DNA of 63,271 bases, counting the filler, from Octopus bimaculoides (lineage: Eukaryota), in NCBI RefSeq assembly GCF_001194135.2. It is 9 parts of 8 records of this genome, joined end to end, with 100 filler letters (N's around TTAATTAATTAA, not from the genome) between each part and the next. Parts side by side here need not be neighbours in the genome. Positions count along the whole stretch, not along the records: positions 39,729 to 51,148 come from NC_068994.1; positions 51,249 to 53,189 come from NW_026378604.1; positions 53,290 to 55,294 come from NW_026437697.1; positions 55,395 to 60,097 come from NC_068984.1; positions 60,198 to 63,271 come from NC_069002.1; 4 more parts are not named here. One strand, given 5' to 3'. The notes beneath the pieces were generated by a model that saw only the letters and a program-made list of their open reading frames with translations, made no database searches and was not told where the DNA came from. Both the position numbers and the translations under genes were made by a program. This document shows positions 50,162 to 63,271 of the stretch, piece after piece. Numbering within the stretch: the first letter of the stretch is position 1; the number at the start of each line of letters is the position of its first letter.

Positions 50162-51308
50162 AGCTAGATAACAACAACAATACCAAGAACAACAGGAGTT
50201 TCGGTCATTTTTGATGTTAACTCGTAGCTCTATTACTTCTGCTATCCTTCTGTCATTCTCCTGTCTATCACACATTCAGACATTAATGATTCCAAGGCGA
50301 TTTAGGAGGGCAAGGTGAGTTCTTAATTCGGTCACATGGCAACAGCAATATTACATCTTCTACAGAGAAACACATTCAGCCACTTTCTCCTCTTCTTGCT
50401 CCTCACCCCCGTACTCTTCTTTAACCTAAATCTGCATCTCTACTTACTGTTACCTATCACTTCCATCTCACCTGGCTCGTAGTTTCACAAATCTCCTCCT
50501 ATTCTTTTCCCCTTCTCTCACACTGCTATTGACATGATCAAACGTTTCTCACTTCTCCTCTACTCTTCACATCCTCTTGCCATTTCTTTCTTAAAGCTAC
50601 CACTTTCAAATCTTTATATTTAATTATTAAGAACACATATAGGCACGAAACATATACGATGCACACATGGAATAAATACACAAATATTTTGGTATATGCA
50701 TATATATATATATATATGTATGTATATGTATATATATATGCACATACACACGCACACACTCACACGCACACACTCACACACATACATATGTATACATGCA
50801 TGCATACATTTATATGCATACATATATAATATATATGTAAGTTTGTGTATGCTGATATAAAATACATACACACACACATACATGTATAAAAGTATATATA
50901 TATGTATGTGTGTGTATACCGATATAAAATACATACACACACATACATGTATAAAAGTATATGTATATATATGTGTGTGTGTGTGCGTGTATGTATGTGT
51001 TCATGTATACATCTTTTTTGTCAGCCTCCTTCTCTATATATATCTATGCATATATCGGTACGTATATGTATAACATATCCATGTATATGTAAATGATTAT
51101 ATATATATATATATATATATAATCCATATATAATCCATACATATATATNNNNNNNNNNNNNNNNNNNNNNNNNNNNNNNNNNNNNNNNNNNNTTAATTAA
51201 TTAANNNNNNNNNNNNNNNNNNNNNNNNNNNNNNNNNNNNNNNNNNNNACGGATAGACAGATCGAAAAACATAGATAGATGCATATATGTATGTGTGTAT
51301 ATGCATAT

Positions 51309-51340
<32 letters not shown>

Positions 51341-51365
51341 ACATCCGTCTCTCTCACTTTCTCTC

Positions 51366-51417
<52 letters not shown>

Positions 51418-51572
51418 TGCTGTACGTATAAAACGGAGAGAGAGAGGTGCAGAGAATGTAGAGAGAAAGGGAGGGAGGAGAAAGAGAGATAAAGATAGAC
51501 AAGTATCGAAGGAATTATGATAGGGAGACATTAAGGAACTCAAGACAGTTGTTTCACGCACACAAAAGCGGC

Positions 51573-51738
51573 GAGATGGCGGAAACGTTAGCACGCAGGG
51601 TGAAATGCTTAGCGGCATTTCGTCGGCCGTTACGTTCTCAGTTCAAATTCCGCCGAGGTCGATTTTGCCTTTCATCCTTTCGGGGTCGATAAGTTAAGTA
51701 CCAGTTACGCACTGGGGTCGATGTAATCGACTTAATTA
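51573..51738 (+). mobile_element. SINE family B
   Basis: GCGGCGAGATGGCGGAAACGTTAGC...GATGTAATCGACTTAA. Confidence 0.88.
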
Positions 51739-52254
51739 AATTTAACTGAAATTGATGAGTGAGCGTTTGGCCAATCAGATTCGCAAGGAGCCATGAAAGC
51801 GTCGATTTGTGAGTTCGATTCTGCTTGAGGTTAGTTTCCAGTCATTTGTTTATACTTAGAAATTATCGCTTCAAATCGGAGAATAAAAATATCATTATAA
51901 TATATATTAATTACAGTTACCGCCTAGCAGGCTTTGCTTTGCGGGAAGAGCTATTCTAAGAGCGCGTTCTGCCTCATCTTCGAAACGCCTAGTTTAGAAT
52001 AGAGGCAAATGATGAAGGAAAAGTTCCATATGTGGCTGTCTGTTTTCCTATGTGTTCATTCTGTTGTCCGTAAAAAAAATGTTCGTTTTTTTGTGGTTTG
52101 TTATGTTCTCGTTCCATTTTTGTCCACGTTTTTTTGACGTCCTGTACCCGAATATGTATCTACATATACATATAGATGTAGGTATGTACATATATGTATG
52201 TATATATGCATATGCTCACATATCATTTGTATTATTATATATATATATGTATAT

Positions 52255-52420
52255 ATGATAGGCTTCTTTCAGTTTCCGTCTACCAAATACCCTCATATGA
52301 CATTGGTCGGCCCGAGATTGTAACAGAAGACACTTTTGCAAGAAACTACGCAGTGGGAATGATTCCGGAACTATGTAGTTGGAAGAAAGCCTCTTACTCC
52401 ACAGCCGCTCCTGCGCCGGT
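52255..52420 (-). mobile_element. SINE family A, 5' half
   Basis: GGCTTCTTTCAGTTTCCGTCTACC...CTCCTGCGCC. Confidence 0.8.
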
Positions 52421-54095
52421 GTGCGGGTTGTGTGTTTGTGTGTGTGTGTTTTCTCTCATAACCTGACAATCTACATTGGTTTGTTTTGCGCTCCCGTGAT
52501 TTCGCCGAATGGCACAAACACAACAAAGAAAGACTTCAACACTTAAGGACCAGGGCCGATTTGATTTCATTGACTTAACTCATGACCCCAGTCTAGAGCC
52601 TGAAACAACTAATAAAGTTCAAAACGTTAACGAAAGATATCCATCAATCAATTAAAAAGCATTTAATGAACAATATCTGCCCGGCTCTTAAATAAACACC
52701 ACTTTCCCGACAACTTCGGCTCAAAAATATAAATAAACAAAACATAATCTAGAAGCCGAGATATCTTCTCTACCCACACACGCAGATAAATAATTCCTGG
52801 AGCTCTGGTTCTATACACTCAACGCAGACCAGATTGTTTTCTTCAATGTTAGTAACCGAAGATCAAGATAGAAACAAGCAAAATTTATTAGATTGAAATC
52901 AAACCACTCAACCAAAAACTTTGGAATGTCTCAAAGATAAGAGCCGAAGGAACCGAGACGATAAACGTCAAGACCTAATCTAAGGTGGATGTAATAAAAA
53001 TTGATACAGATACAACAATAATGAAATTTTATACAACACGGAAATTAGACAAGCTCTGTAGGTGAGTGTGCGTATGTGTCTCTGTGTACGTCCGTGTATG
53101 TGTATGTATGCGTGTGGTCATATAGTATATGATATGTATATATATAATGTGTATATGCATGTGTGTGTGTGTTTTTGTGGGTGTCTGTANNNNNNNNNNN
53201 NNNNNNNNNNNNNNNNNNNNNNNNNNNNNNNNNTTAATTAATTAANNNNNNNNNNNNNNNNNNNNNNNNNNNNNNNNNNNNNNNNNNNNTACATATACAT
53301 ATATATATATACATACATATATATATACGTACATACATACATATACATATGTACACTGACTCATACATGCACACTAACACCCAACATATAGCGTTACACG
53401 GTACACATGAAATTGTTGTGAATATACAGTTATAAATATTGTTCATATCTGTTATAATATAAATATACATAACGTAAATATATAAAGCTGTTGTTAATAG
53501 TGCGTAAATTTATAATCTTTCTTATCTTCATATCTTATCTATATGTAATATCTATTGCTTTTCATCACTCAATTCGCTTGTTATACACCCATGGAAAAAT
53601 GCATACATCTATGAATAAAAACACACACACATGGCTTCATACACACACACACATACATACACACACACACACACACACACGATAAGTTTTAGCCAGCCCG
53701 AGGCTATTTAGAAGACACTTGCCACACAGCCACGCTTGCGCCTATATGCACACACACATATATGTGTGCGTGTGTGTGTGCGTGCGTNNNNNNNNNNNNN
53801 NNNNNNNNNNNNNNNNNNNNNNNNNNNNNNNNNNNNNNNNNNNNNNNNNNNNNNNNNNNNNNNNNNNNNNNNNNNNNNNNNNNNNNNNNNNNNNNNNNNN
53901 NNNNNNNNNNNNNNNNNNNNNNNNNNNNNNNNNNNNNNNNNNNNNNNNNNNNNNNNNNNNNNNNNNNNNNNNNNNNNNNNNNNNNNNNNNNNNNNNNNNN
54001 NNNNNNNNNNNNNNNNNNNNNNNNNNNNNNNNNNNNNNNNNNNNNNNNNNNNNNNNNNNNNNNNNNNNNNNNNNNNNNNNNNNNNNNNNNNNNNN

Positions 54096-54153
<58 letters not shown>

Positions 54154-54498
54154 TGTGTATACATGCATACATAAGTGTGTGTATCCTTGCATATACCTGT
54201 ACTTGTTTGTATATGCATGTATATGTATACACGCACACACATTCAGACACAGACAAATATATCGACACCCACCAAATTATTTTGCCTATTACACGTTCAT
54301 ATTTAGGCATATATATATATATACACAAGCAGATATGCGTACATACACGCTCGCGTGCCTGCTTAAGAGTACGATGTCACATACGTTTGTTTTAATAGAC
54401 ATTTAATATTCATATGTTACATTATTTACGTGACTAACATATATATTATATAAGCGCGTATAATATGCATTCACACACACATACAAATAAATGCACAT

Positions 54499-54541
<43 letters not shown>

Positions 54542-54982
54542 AGTTTATTTAATCTGTATGTATAATCATATCAGTTTTTTGCTTTATCATAATAGCAATC
54601 TCTTCGTATGTTTGTTTTCTCTTCAATTTTCATCATTTCTTTCAAGACGTCATTCTCCTATCATATCTAATATGTCATAAACGATACGTTATAATATATA
54701 TATATATATCATATCTCATGTCACATATTTGTCTCGTGTGTGTGTTCTTGTATTGCTTTATAATTGTATTTTGTTTAACACGTATATATGTTTTGAATGC
54801 ATCTCAAATTTCGTTTAATCCAAGGGGATGTGTATGTGTGTGTATGCACGGACGAACACGCAGACGTTTTCGTATAAATATACACATAGAAATGCATGTA
54901 TGATGTGCTATAGACATATAAGCATAAATTTACAGCTACATGTATATACATATTCCCCTTTCTGACTATCAATCAATCAAAC

Positions 54983-55028
<46 letters not shown>

Positions 55029-55069
55029 CATATATATACTCACAAACACACACACACTCACACACATAT

Positions 55070-55240
55070 ATATACATCCCCGTAACTTAGCAGTTGGGCA
55101 AAGAGTCCGACAGAATAAGTATTAGGCTTCAAAAGAAAAAAAACATAAGTGCTGCGGTTGGTACATTCGTCTAAAAATTCTTCAATGCGATGCTCAAACA
55201 TGGCCGCAGTCTAATGACTGAACCACTTAAAATATAAAAG
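55070..55240 (+). mobile_element. SINE family A, 3' half
   Basis: CCCCGTAACTTAGCAGTTGGGC...TGGCCGCAGTC. Confidence 0.75.
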
Positions 55241-55394
55241 AAACATATATACATACGTATGTATATATAATCATACATGCATATATATATATATNNNNNN
55301 NNNNNNNNNNNNNNNNNNNNNNNNNNNNNNNNNNNNNNTTAATTAATTAANNNNNNNNNNNNNNNNNNNNNNNNNNNNNNNNNNNNNNNNNNNN

Positions 55395-55437
<43 letters not shown>

Positions 55438-55474
55438 CACACACACATACACGCACGCGCACACATATATATAT

Positions 55475-55632
55475 GATGGGCTTCTTTCAGTTTTCGTCTA
55501 CCAAACCCACTCATAAGGCTTTGACCGGCCTGAGGCTATAGTAGAAGACACCTTCCCAATGTGCCACCCAGTGGAACTGAACCTGGAATCATGTGGTTGG
55601 TAAGCAAGCTGTTTATCACACAGCCATGCCTA
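55475..55632 (-). mobile_element. SINE family A, 5' half
   Basis: GATGGGCTTCTTTCAG...CACAGCCATGCCT. Confidence 0.8.
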
Positions 55633-55644
55633 TTCACGTTGTAT

Positions 55645-55812
55645 TGAATTAATCAAGCATCATCTCAAAGCTTCAATATTTTGATGATATGATTATTTAA
55701 TTTTAGAATGACATTGTAGGGCAGCAGGTGTAAGAAGCCAGATAAGGCCAGATTGAACTTAAAAGAGGTAGAATATTTGGGACTAATATAGCCCCTTTAA
55801 ATGCTAAAGGGT
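55645..55812. mobile_element. Possible piggyBac-like MITE right end
   Basis: Ends AATGCTAAAGGGT(CAA), resembling GGG-TTAA termini; left end not found. Confidence 0.35.
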
Positions 55813-55949
55813 CAAAGTAGTATTTCTATTTGTTCTAAACATTTTTGTCGCAGTCGGCCATCTTTCGACAAATTCACTGGGAGGGAGTGAATCATTTCAA
55901 GTGAAGCAATTATTTAATACTTGACCGAGGTAGAAGGCGGCTGTCGTCA

Positions 55950-56070
55950 ACTGCAGGTGTGGTTATGTAGTTGAGAATCTGACTTTGTTTCCACGTCGAG
56001 TTCGGCCCCACTGCGCGGCCCCTTCGGAAAGTGTCTTAAACTATAGTCGGCAGACTGATGCCTTGTTGGA
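55950..56070 (+). mobile_element. SINE family A head, very old copy
   Basis: GCAGGTGTGGTTATGTAG...GAGTTCGGCCCCACTGCGCGGC...AGTGTCTT. Confidence 0.55.
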
Positions 56071-56090
56071 AGCACGTCGTGTGTGTGTGC

Positions 56091-56126
<36 letters not shown>

Positions 56127-56659
56127 ATTATTATTATTATTATTATTATCATTATCTTATGATATTTACTTTGTATTATATTATACTTATTAATTTTACT
56201 TTTACTTATTAATTTTTCTATATGTGACAGTGGATTTTCATGGATGAGTTCATGAACTTTGGTTCTTTTCCCTAAAACTATATATATATATNNNNNNNNN
56301 NNNNNNNNNNNNNNNNNNNNNNNNNNNNNNNNNNNNNNNNNNNNNNNNNNNNNNNNNNNNNNNNNNNNNNNNNNNNNNNNNNNNNNNNNNNNNNNNNNNN
56401 NNNNNNNNNNNNNNNNNNNNNNNNNNNNNNNNNNNNNNNNNNNNNNNNNNNNNNNNNNNNNNNNNNNNNNNNNNNNNNNNNNNNNNNNNNNNNNNNNNNN
56501 NNNNNNNNNNNNNNNNNNNNNNNNNNNNNNNNNNNNNNNNNNNNNNNNNNNNNNNNNNNNNNNNNNNNNNNNNNNNNNNNNNNNNNNNNNNNNNNNNNNN
56601 NNNNNNNNNNNNNNNNNNNNNNNNNNNNNNNNNATATATATATATATACATATTCACAT

Positions 56660-56830
56660 ATATACGACGGTCGTCTTTCAGTTTCCAAATCCACTCACAA
56701 GTTTCTGGTCGGCCCTGGGCTATAGCAGAAGACACATGCCCAAGATGCCACGCAGTGGGACTGAACCCGGGACCATGTGGTTGGTAAGCAAGCTAGCTAC
56801 CACACAGGTAAGCAAACTACCTACCACACA
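56660..56830 (-). mobile_element. SINE family A, 5' half with short tandem duplication
   Basis: GGTAAGCAA.CTA.CTACCACACAG twice. Confidence 0.8.
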
Positions 56831-57292
56831 GCATTTTCCCCGGCGTGCTTATAGGTCTTGTGCTTATGATAGAAAGGATCATAATAATTAATTAATTTAT
56901 TGATTAATCAATTAATTAAGAATAACAGGAACTCAATCAGTGCACATGTTTTTATTGGTGTACTGTCCTGCTAAAAGTACAACTAATATTTAAAGAGTTA
57001 TATCAACCTACATCGCGTTGGTTCTGATTTTTCTTGAAACGGTTTCTACTTTATAGTCTTACATATGTACAAACATGCATACACAAGAACACAAACACCA
57101 ATACACATACACACACACAAACACCAATACACATACACACACACATACACCTACATTCCTAAACATCCTCTTAGATTCCTTACTATCTGTTTGTTTACGA
57201 GCATGAACGTATGATACAGATGCAAATCACATTGCTGTCTACTTCTGTATTCACGTATACATACACAAATACGTATGTGGTAGGTATACGAC

Positions 57293-57351
<59 letters not shown>

Positions 57352-57740
57352 CGTATGTGTGTGTTCTCTGACATCACAAACAAAGCTCTACTGACTGATT
57401 GTGCTATTAGTTTTTGTTTGAAGAACTCTCCTATGACTGAGTCACGAATGTTTATATCTAATGGCAGTAGAGGTCAGAGAGATGTGCGTAATAATGACTA
57501 AAATAATATAACTAGTATATTGTTTTATGTGTAATGTGTAACGTATTCAACATTTAGAAGAACACATAGATGTAGCTATAACTATTCGGCTATTAGATTC
57601 ATGTTGCATGAACATGGGTCGAGTTCAATACCATTGCGCAGCACCATTGATAATAGATCGCATTGACCGATATATCGAAAGTGGAATTTGGTAGGCGTCA
57701 ATTCTGTAGAACCTTAAATATGCCAGCACACTAATGGCTT

Positions 57741-58117
57741 TGTTTCGTTGTTAGCACTCCGTCGCTTACGACGTCGAGGGTTCCAGTTGATCCGATCAAC
57801 GGAACAGCCTGCTCGTGAAATTAACGTGCAAGTGGCTGAGCACTCCACAGACACGTGTACCCTTAACGTAGTTTTCGAGGATATTCAGCGTGACAAGGCT
57901 GGCCCTTTGAATTACAGGCACAACAGAAACAGGAAGTAAGAGTGAGAGAAAGTTGTGGTGGAAGAGTACAGCAGGGTTCGCCACCATCCCCTGCCGGAGC
58001 CTCGTGGAGCTTTAGGTGTTTTCGCTCAATAAACACTCACAACGCTCGGTCTGGGAATCGAAACCGCAATCCTATGACCGCGAGTCCGCTGCCCTAACCA
58101 CTGGGCCATTGTGCCTC
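57741..58117 (-). mobile_element. SINE family C, full length with ~14-bp TSD
   Basis: CACACTAATGGCTT at 57727-57740 and 58118-58131. Confidence 0.92.
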
Positions 58118-58342
58118 CACACTAATGGCTTAAATTAATATAAAAGAAACTAAGGAATACACATACACATATAACACATACGATTTTCGGTAGTGTCATA
58201 CTTTTATACATGCGCTGTTATACTCTATGAGATAACGAGTTTAAAGTATTCACTTTCAGACGCACACGTTTATATATAAATTGGAAAATGTACGCTTTGA
58301 GACTGCACGCTTAAGTACACTCACATGCATAATAATATAACA

Positions 58343-58907
58343 ATAATAATAAAGGGTAAAAATCATTAATGATTTTTAACAAGTGGTCAGTGCGGAATTA
58401 AAACCTCATAGGTAAATTTTATGAATATTTTATAATTATATACATAATTATAACAAGGGGTTGGCTTGCGCCTCACCACGCACTGAAAAATAGACGTCAA
58501 AAGACACTATTACCACCATAAATTCTCCAAGAAAAACACACTACATAATAGGGTAACAGAAGAAAGAAAATTAATTAAAACTTAGGTTAACCGCGTATAT
58601 GATCGATCGTGTTTCGGGCTTAAAGTAATAAAAACATTACTTCTTGCCTTCATCAGCGTCGGTATTCCAGGCATAAATATACGAGTGATCACGAATATGT
58701 AAGCGAGCAGCGTCTTCGCTTGGCTTATATCCGTCGAGACTCGCAGAGATATGCTGCGAAGTAGAGTTCATATCCTTCTCCTATAGCCACTTTTAGATCA
58801 AGTCTGCAGTTAATACAGTTTTGAATAAGGAGTAAATAATTTTTTCAAATATTAAATGATATAATAATAAAGGGTAAAGCCCTTGTTATGATTATGTATA
58901 TAATTAT
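58343..58907 (-). mobile_element. Penelope-like non-autonomous element candidate with hammerhead-like core
   Basis: 18-bp direct repeat (58343-58360, 58861-58878), 28-bp inverted repeat (58432-58459, 58880-58907), minus-strand CUGAUGA...GAAAC at 58611-58656. Confidence 0.55.
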
Positions 58908-59400
58908 TATATATATATATATAAACACATGTGGGAAATTCTGCCTGTGGGTGTGTTTGTGTGCGGAGTTGTTAGCTAACTCCACCTACATCGTTTTATT
59001 GATATTGATGAAACTTGACACGTGAGTAGAACTCATGTCTAGAAACCTCATCGCATACTCAAATTGTTGAAAAAAATCGATAATTACAAATCAGCGGCCA
59101 TGTTTTGCAATAACTTTTGCATTTCTCAACCGATTCGCTTCGAATTCGCGGTACAGGTGGAAAATGCTACGAGGATGACTATTAAAGAAGAATATTTTAC
59201 TTAGGCTGTAAGAGGAGGATAAACGAAAACTTTTGCATTTAACATCTGAATTGCTTCAAATTTGATTTGCAGATAGATTAAGTGCTAATGAGTGTATGAG
59301 ACGAAAAGTGTTTTCCAAAACCATTTCGTCGCCGCTGTTCTCTTTCAACCATTTCGTCGTAACGTATATATATGTGTGTGTGAGTATGTGTCTGTGTGTG

Positions 59401-59454
<54 letters not shown>

Positions 59455-59457
<3 letters not shown>

Positions 59458-59630
59458 TCCTAACATCGCTTGACAACCGATGTTGCCGCGTTTACGTCCC
59501 TGTAACAAAGCCATCTGGAAAAAAAACACACCGATAGAATAAGTACTAGGTACACAAAGAATAAATCCTGGGGTCGATTTTTTTCGACTAAATTCGGTGC
59601 TCCAGCATTGCCGCAGTCACACGACCGAAA
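59455..59630 (+). mobile_element. SINE family A, 3' half
   Basis: CATCGCTTGACAACCGATG...GCCGCAGTC. Confidence 0.8.
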
Positions 59631-59684
59631 GAAAACTTTAAAAAACTATGCCATTTTAACCCCGAGCAACTTGTGTACATATAT

Positions 59685-60053
59685 ACTCTTTTATACTCTT
59701 TTACTTGTTTCAGTCTTTTGACTGTGGCAATGCTGGAGCACCGCCTTTAGTCGAGCAAATCGACCCCAGGACTTATTCTTTGGAAGCCTAGTACTTATTC
59801 TTTCGGTCTCTTTTGCCGAACCGCTAAGTTACGGGGACGTAAACACACCAGCATCGGTTGTCAAGCGATGTTCGGGGGACAAACACAGACATACAAACAC
59901 ATACACACATACATATATATATATACATATATACGACAGGCTTCTTTCAGTTTCCGTCTACCAAATCCACTCACAAGGCATTGGTCGGCCCGAGGCTATA
60001 GTAGAAGGCACCTGCCCAAGATGCCACGCAGTGGGACTGAACCCTGGACCATG
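59685..60053 (-). mobile_element. SINE family A, near full length
   Basis: Colinear with 26341-26705. Confidence 0.9.
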
Positions 60054-60197
60054 TATATATAATAAACATAAATATAAGTTAAGTAAAGTTAGGGAAANNN
60101 NNNNNNNNNNNNNNNNNNNNNNNNNNNNNNNNNNNNNNNNNTTAATTAATTAANNNNNNNNNNNNNNNNNNNNNNNNNNNNNNNNNNNNNNNNNNNN

Positions 60198-60237
<40 letters not shown>

Positions 60238-60667
60238 TCACACATACTTATTGTATACAAATTAAGGGTGCAAGGCATTCCATTAAATAATAAGTTAAAA
60301 AACATATAATAAATGCACATACAAACGGAAAACACACATAGATGGTCACATAACCCTCATCAGGTATCGACCTTAAACGATAATATTTATCTCCTTTGGT
60401 GGCACTGACTGCAAGAAGCTGCCGAGAAATGGTGAGCCAACGAACAAAGGACCAAAACATGACAGAAAGTGAACAAACAAAGGAGAAATAAAAGCATATG
60501 CAATACACAAAGTGAACATACACACATGAAATAAGTGTGATTCAAGACGAGACCGTTAGAAGACGGACCAGGGAAAAAGGCGAAAACAAACAAGACGAAA
60601 TATGGACATACGAACAAACTGAAATAAATAAACACGAGACGGCCTTAGCACCAGACAGGATACGGAT

Positions 60668-60790
60668 ATTTCAAGGGAGGGCCTAAGTCGATTATATCGA
60701 CCCCAGTTCTGAACTGGCATTTATTTTATTAACCTCGAAAGGATGAAAGGGAAAGTCAACATCAGCGGAATTTGAACTCAGAACGTGAAG
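60668..60790 (-). mobile_element. SINE family B fragment
   Basis: GTCGATTATATCGACCCCAG...GAATTTGAACTCAGAACGT. Confidence 0.8.
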
Positions 60791-61197
60791 AATTTTTATG
60801 TCAATAATAATAAGACCAGTTTAAGATTAAAATGACGTATTACTCAATAATTTTTGTAGAATACGTCTTCATAAGATAAAGAGGTGACAGGGATTCGAAA
60901 TACCGGCCTACTGGCCTCTTCATTAAATTTCTAAGACATGCGTAGTTTGAACGGAATAGATTATCATCTGTGTAATGTAAGGTATATAATCAGAAAGAGC
61001 TCGACGAATTGTTAAATATGAGTAAGACATGAGTCAACATGATGAATATGGAATAGAGTAAATTAGCTAAAGAAACCTCACAGCACACACATACATATAT
61101 ATGTTCACAAACATAAGAATGAGAACTGTATGTATATTTCTATAAATATTGGCGTAGACAATCACATACATGCACACACACACATATATATGTATAT

Positions 61198-61230
<33 letters not shown>

Positions 61231-62093
61231 NNNNNNNNNNNNNNNNNNNNNNNNNNNNNNNNNNNNNNNNNNNNNNNNNNNNNNNNNNNNNNNNNNNNNN
61301 NNNNNNNNNNNNNNNNNNNNNNNNNNNNNNNNNNNNNNNNNNNNNNNNNNNNNNNNNNNNNNNNNNNNNNNNNNNNNNNNNNNNNNNNNNNNNNNNNNNN
61401 NNNNNNNNNNNNNNNNNNNNNNNNNNNNNNNNNNNNNNNNNNNNNNNNNNNNNNNNNNNNNNNNNNNNNNNNNNNNNNNNNNNNNNNNNNNNNNNNNNNN
61501 NNNNNNNNNNNNNNNNNNNNNNNNNNNNNNNNNNNNNNNNNNNNNNNNNNNNNNNNNNNNNNNNNNNNNNNNNNNNNNNNNNNNNNNNNNNNNNNNNNNN
61601 NNNNNNNNNNNNNNNNNNNNNNNNNNNNNNNNNNNNNNNNNNNNNNNNNNNNNNNNNNNNNNNNNNNNNNNNNNNNNNNNNNNNNNNNNNNNNNNNNNNN
61701 NNNNNNNNNNNNNNNNNNNNNNNNNNNNNNNNNNNNNNNNNNNNNNNNNNNNNNNNNNNNNNNNNNNNNNNNNNNNNNNNNNNNNNNNNNNNNNNNNNNN
61801 NNNNNNNNNNNNNNNNNNNNNNNNNNNNNNNNNNNNNNNNNTATATATATATATATGCAGTTATACATACACATACTTACAAATATATGTTCAGTGTTTG
61901 TATGTGTGCGTATTGTATATGTACCTATGTATGTGTAAGCGTATAACTATATTCTTTTATACATATACTCTCAACAATTCTCACCTCTGCATATTGTGTG
62001 TGTTTAGTATTTCTCTGTACTGAGAGATTGTGTCTGTGTAGATATGAATTTATATGTGTATTTGTATATATGCATATATACGTATGTGTGGTG

Positions 62094-62124
<31 letters not shown>

Positions 62125-62634
62125 TGTGTGTGGTGTGTGTGTGTGTAATTGTAATTAGTTAATTAATTCCTCCTCGAGCACCAATGTCTAATGCATATTT
62201 TATTCTCGGCACTAAAGAAATTTTCGCCGTGAAATAACATTTGATTTCTGACAACAAAGTTAATGGTGAAGTCTAAGACACTGGGGAGCGAAACACAAGC
62301 GAAGAATCGCTGATTCTGAACCTAATGATTATTTTATAAGCGTTTCATTATTTGGTCAATGAATAAACCATTTTAGAGGTTTTCGTTGGTGGGGGCGGAA
62401 CTGTGCTGGATTTCGAAATGTTATTTCCAAGAAGCACCACAAAAATGGCAGCGCAATACAGCATGATCGATTACATTGATTGTTGTTATTGCTGTTGTTG
62501 TTGTAGATTTTTGTTGTTATACAAAACTAAGCAAACGTAATATCAAAGGCTTTCTCGCAATGAGTATCTCATTATCTATGATTTTTTTTGTCTCAAGCAT
62601 TGGTTATTTAAAATACATTACATTGGTTATTTAG

Positions 62635-62900
62635 AATGGCCCAGTGGTTAGTGTGCCGCACGCGCGATAGCTTAAGCGGGGTTCGATTCCCGGACTGGGC
62701 GGTGGCCTCGAGTTCTTGAGCAAGACACTTAATTTCATGTTGCTCCAGTCCACTCAGCAATAAATGAGTAACCCAGAAACGGACTAACCTTCCGAACAGG
62801 GCGACTGTTGACCTTCTTGCCTAACCAGCGGAGTAACATCATTTGAAAGCTAAAACGATGCAAAGCGCATTGTGACCAGCGATGTATAACAACATACAAT
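62635..62900 (+). mobile_element. tRNA-headed SINE (head/core as 6651 and 37745) with a different tail
   Basis: TGGCCCAGTGGTTAG, GGTTCGATTCCC, TTGAGCAAGACAC...CCAGTCCACTCAGC shared with 6651-6775; downstream sequence unrelated to family C tail. Confidence 0.75.
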
Positions 62901-63236
62901 AGTTCACTTGATCACGTGATCACATTACAGAAAGTAGACCTCAATTTTCCAGACGATAATATGTTATTTGAAGGGGATCTAGCTACTATATTTAGTAGGT
63001 CAACTGCCAATCCTTGCACCTTAATGAACGTTAGTGTCGGGCAAGAGCGACTACGTTCTTTAACATCCTTCAAGAGAGTCTGGACGTGGACACTGTTCCA
63101 TTAGACAGTGTACGCGAAGTAAAACAGTATAAGAAATCCCCATTAGTGTCGTCTGTTTAAAAATGTTTTCGTCATGACTTCAGTGATACTAAAAATTCTA
63201 TAAGTAATTTCTAATGCCTAGCTACTTTCCACCTAC

Positions 63237-63271
<35 letters not shown>

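Noticed and set aside
62916-63104. 62-aa non-repetitive ORF
   Set aside because: No homology recognised and no splice signals; length expected by chance.

Overview
Repeat-saturated eukaryotic (animal) genomic DNA from a gapped short-read scaffold; about 11% is N, and eight 100-bp gaps carry an artificial TTAATTAATTAA linker. Extreme microsatellite density plus the tRNA-derived SINE families suggest an octopus/coleoid cephalopod genome (inference, not verified). I recognise no complete protein-coding gene, and almost every ORF in the supplied track is a translated microsatellite or N-run. Supported content: (1) four or more tRNA-headed SINE families (labelled A-D here), about 45 copies or fragments, with swapped heads and tails; (2) decayed REL-endonuclease non-LTR retrotransposons (three R4/Dong-like fragments, one CRE-like fragment); (3) DNA-transposon MITEs (Tigger/pogo, hAT, mariner, and a Merlin-like palindromic MITE carrying telomere-type repeats inside an 8-bp TSD); (4) hammerhead-ribozyme-like cores in three unrelated repeats, one inside a tRNA-headed SINE that sits in a 1.5-kb inverted duplication; (5) a CpG-depleted 3.1-kb contig with a well-formed 58-nt minus-strand exon of an unidentified gene. 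The best candidates for novelty are the hammerhead-carrying SINE/Penelope-like elements and the telomere-repeat MITE.
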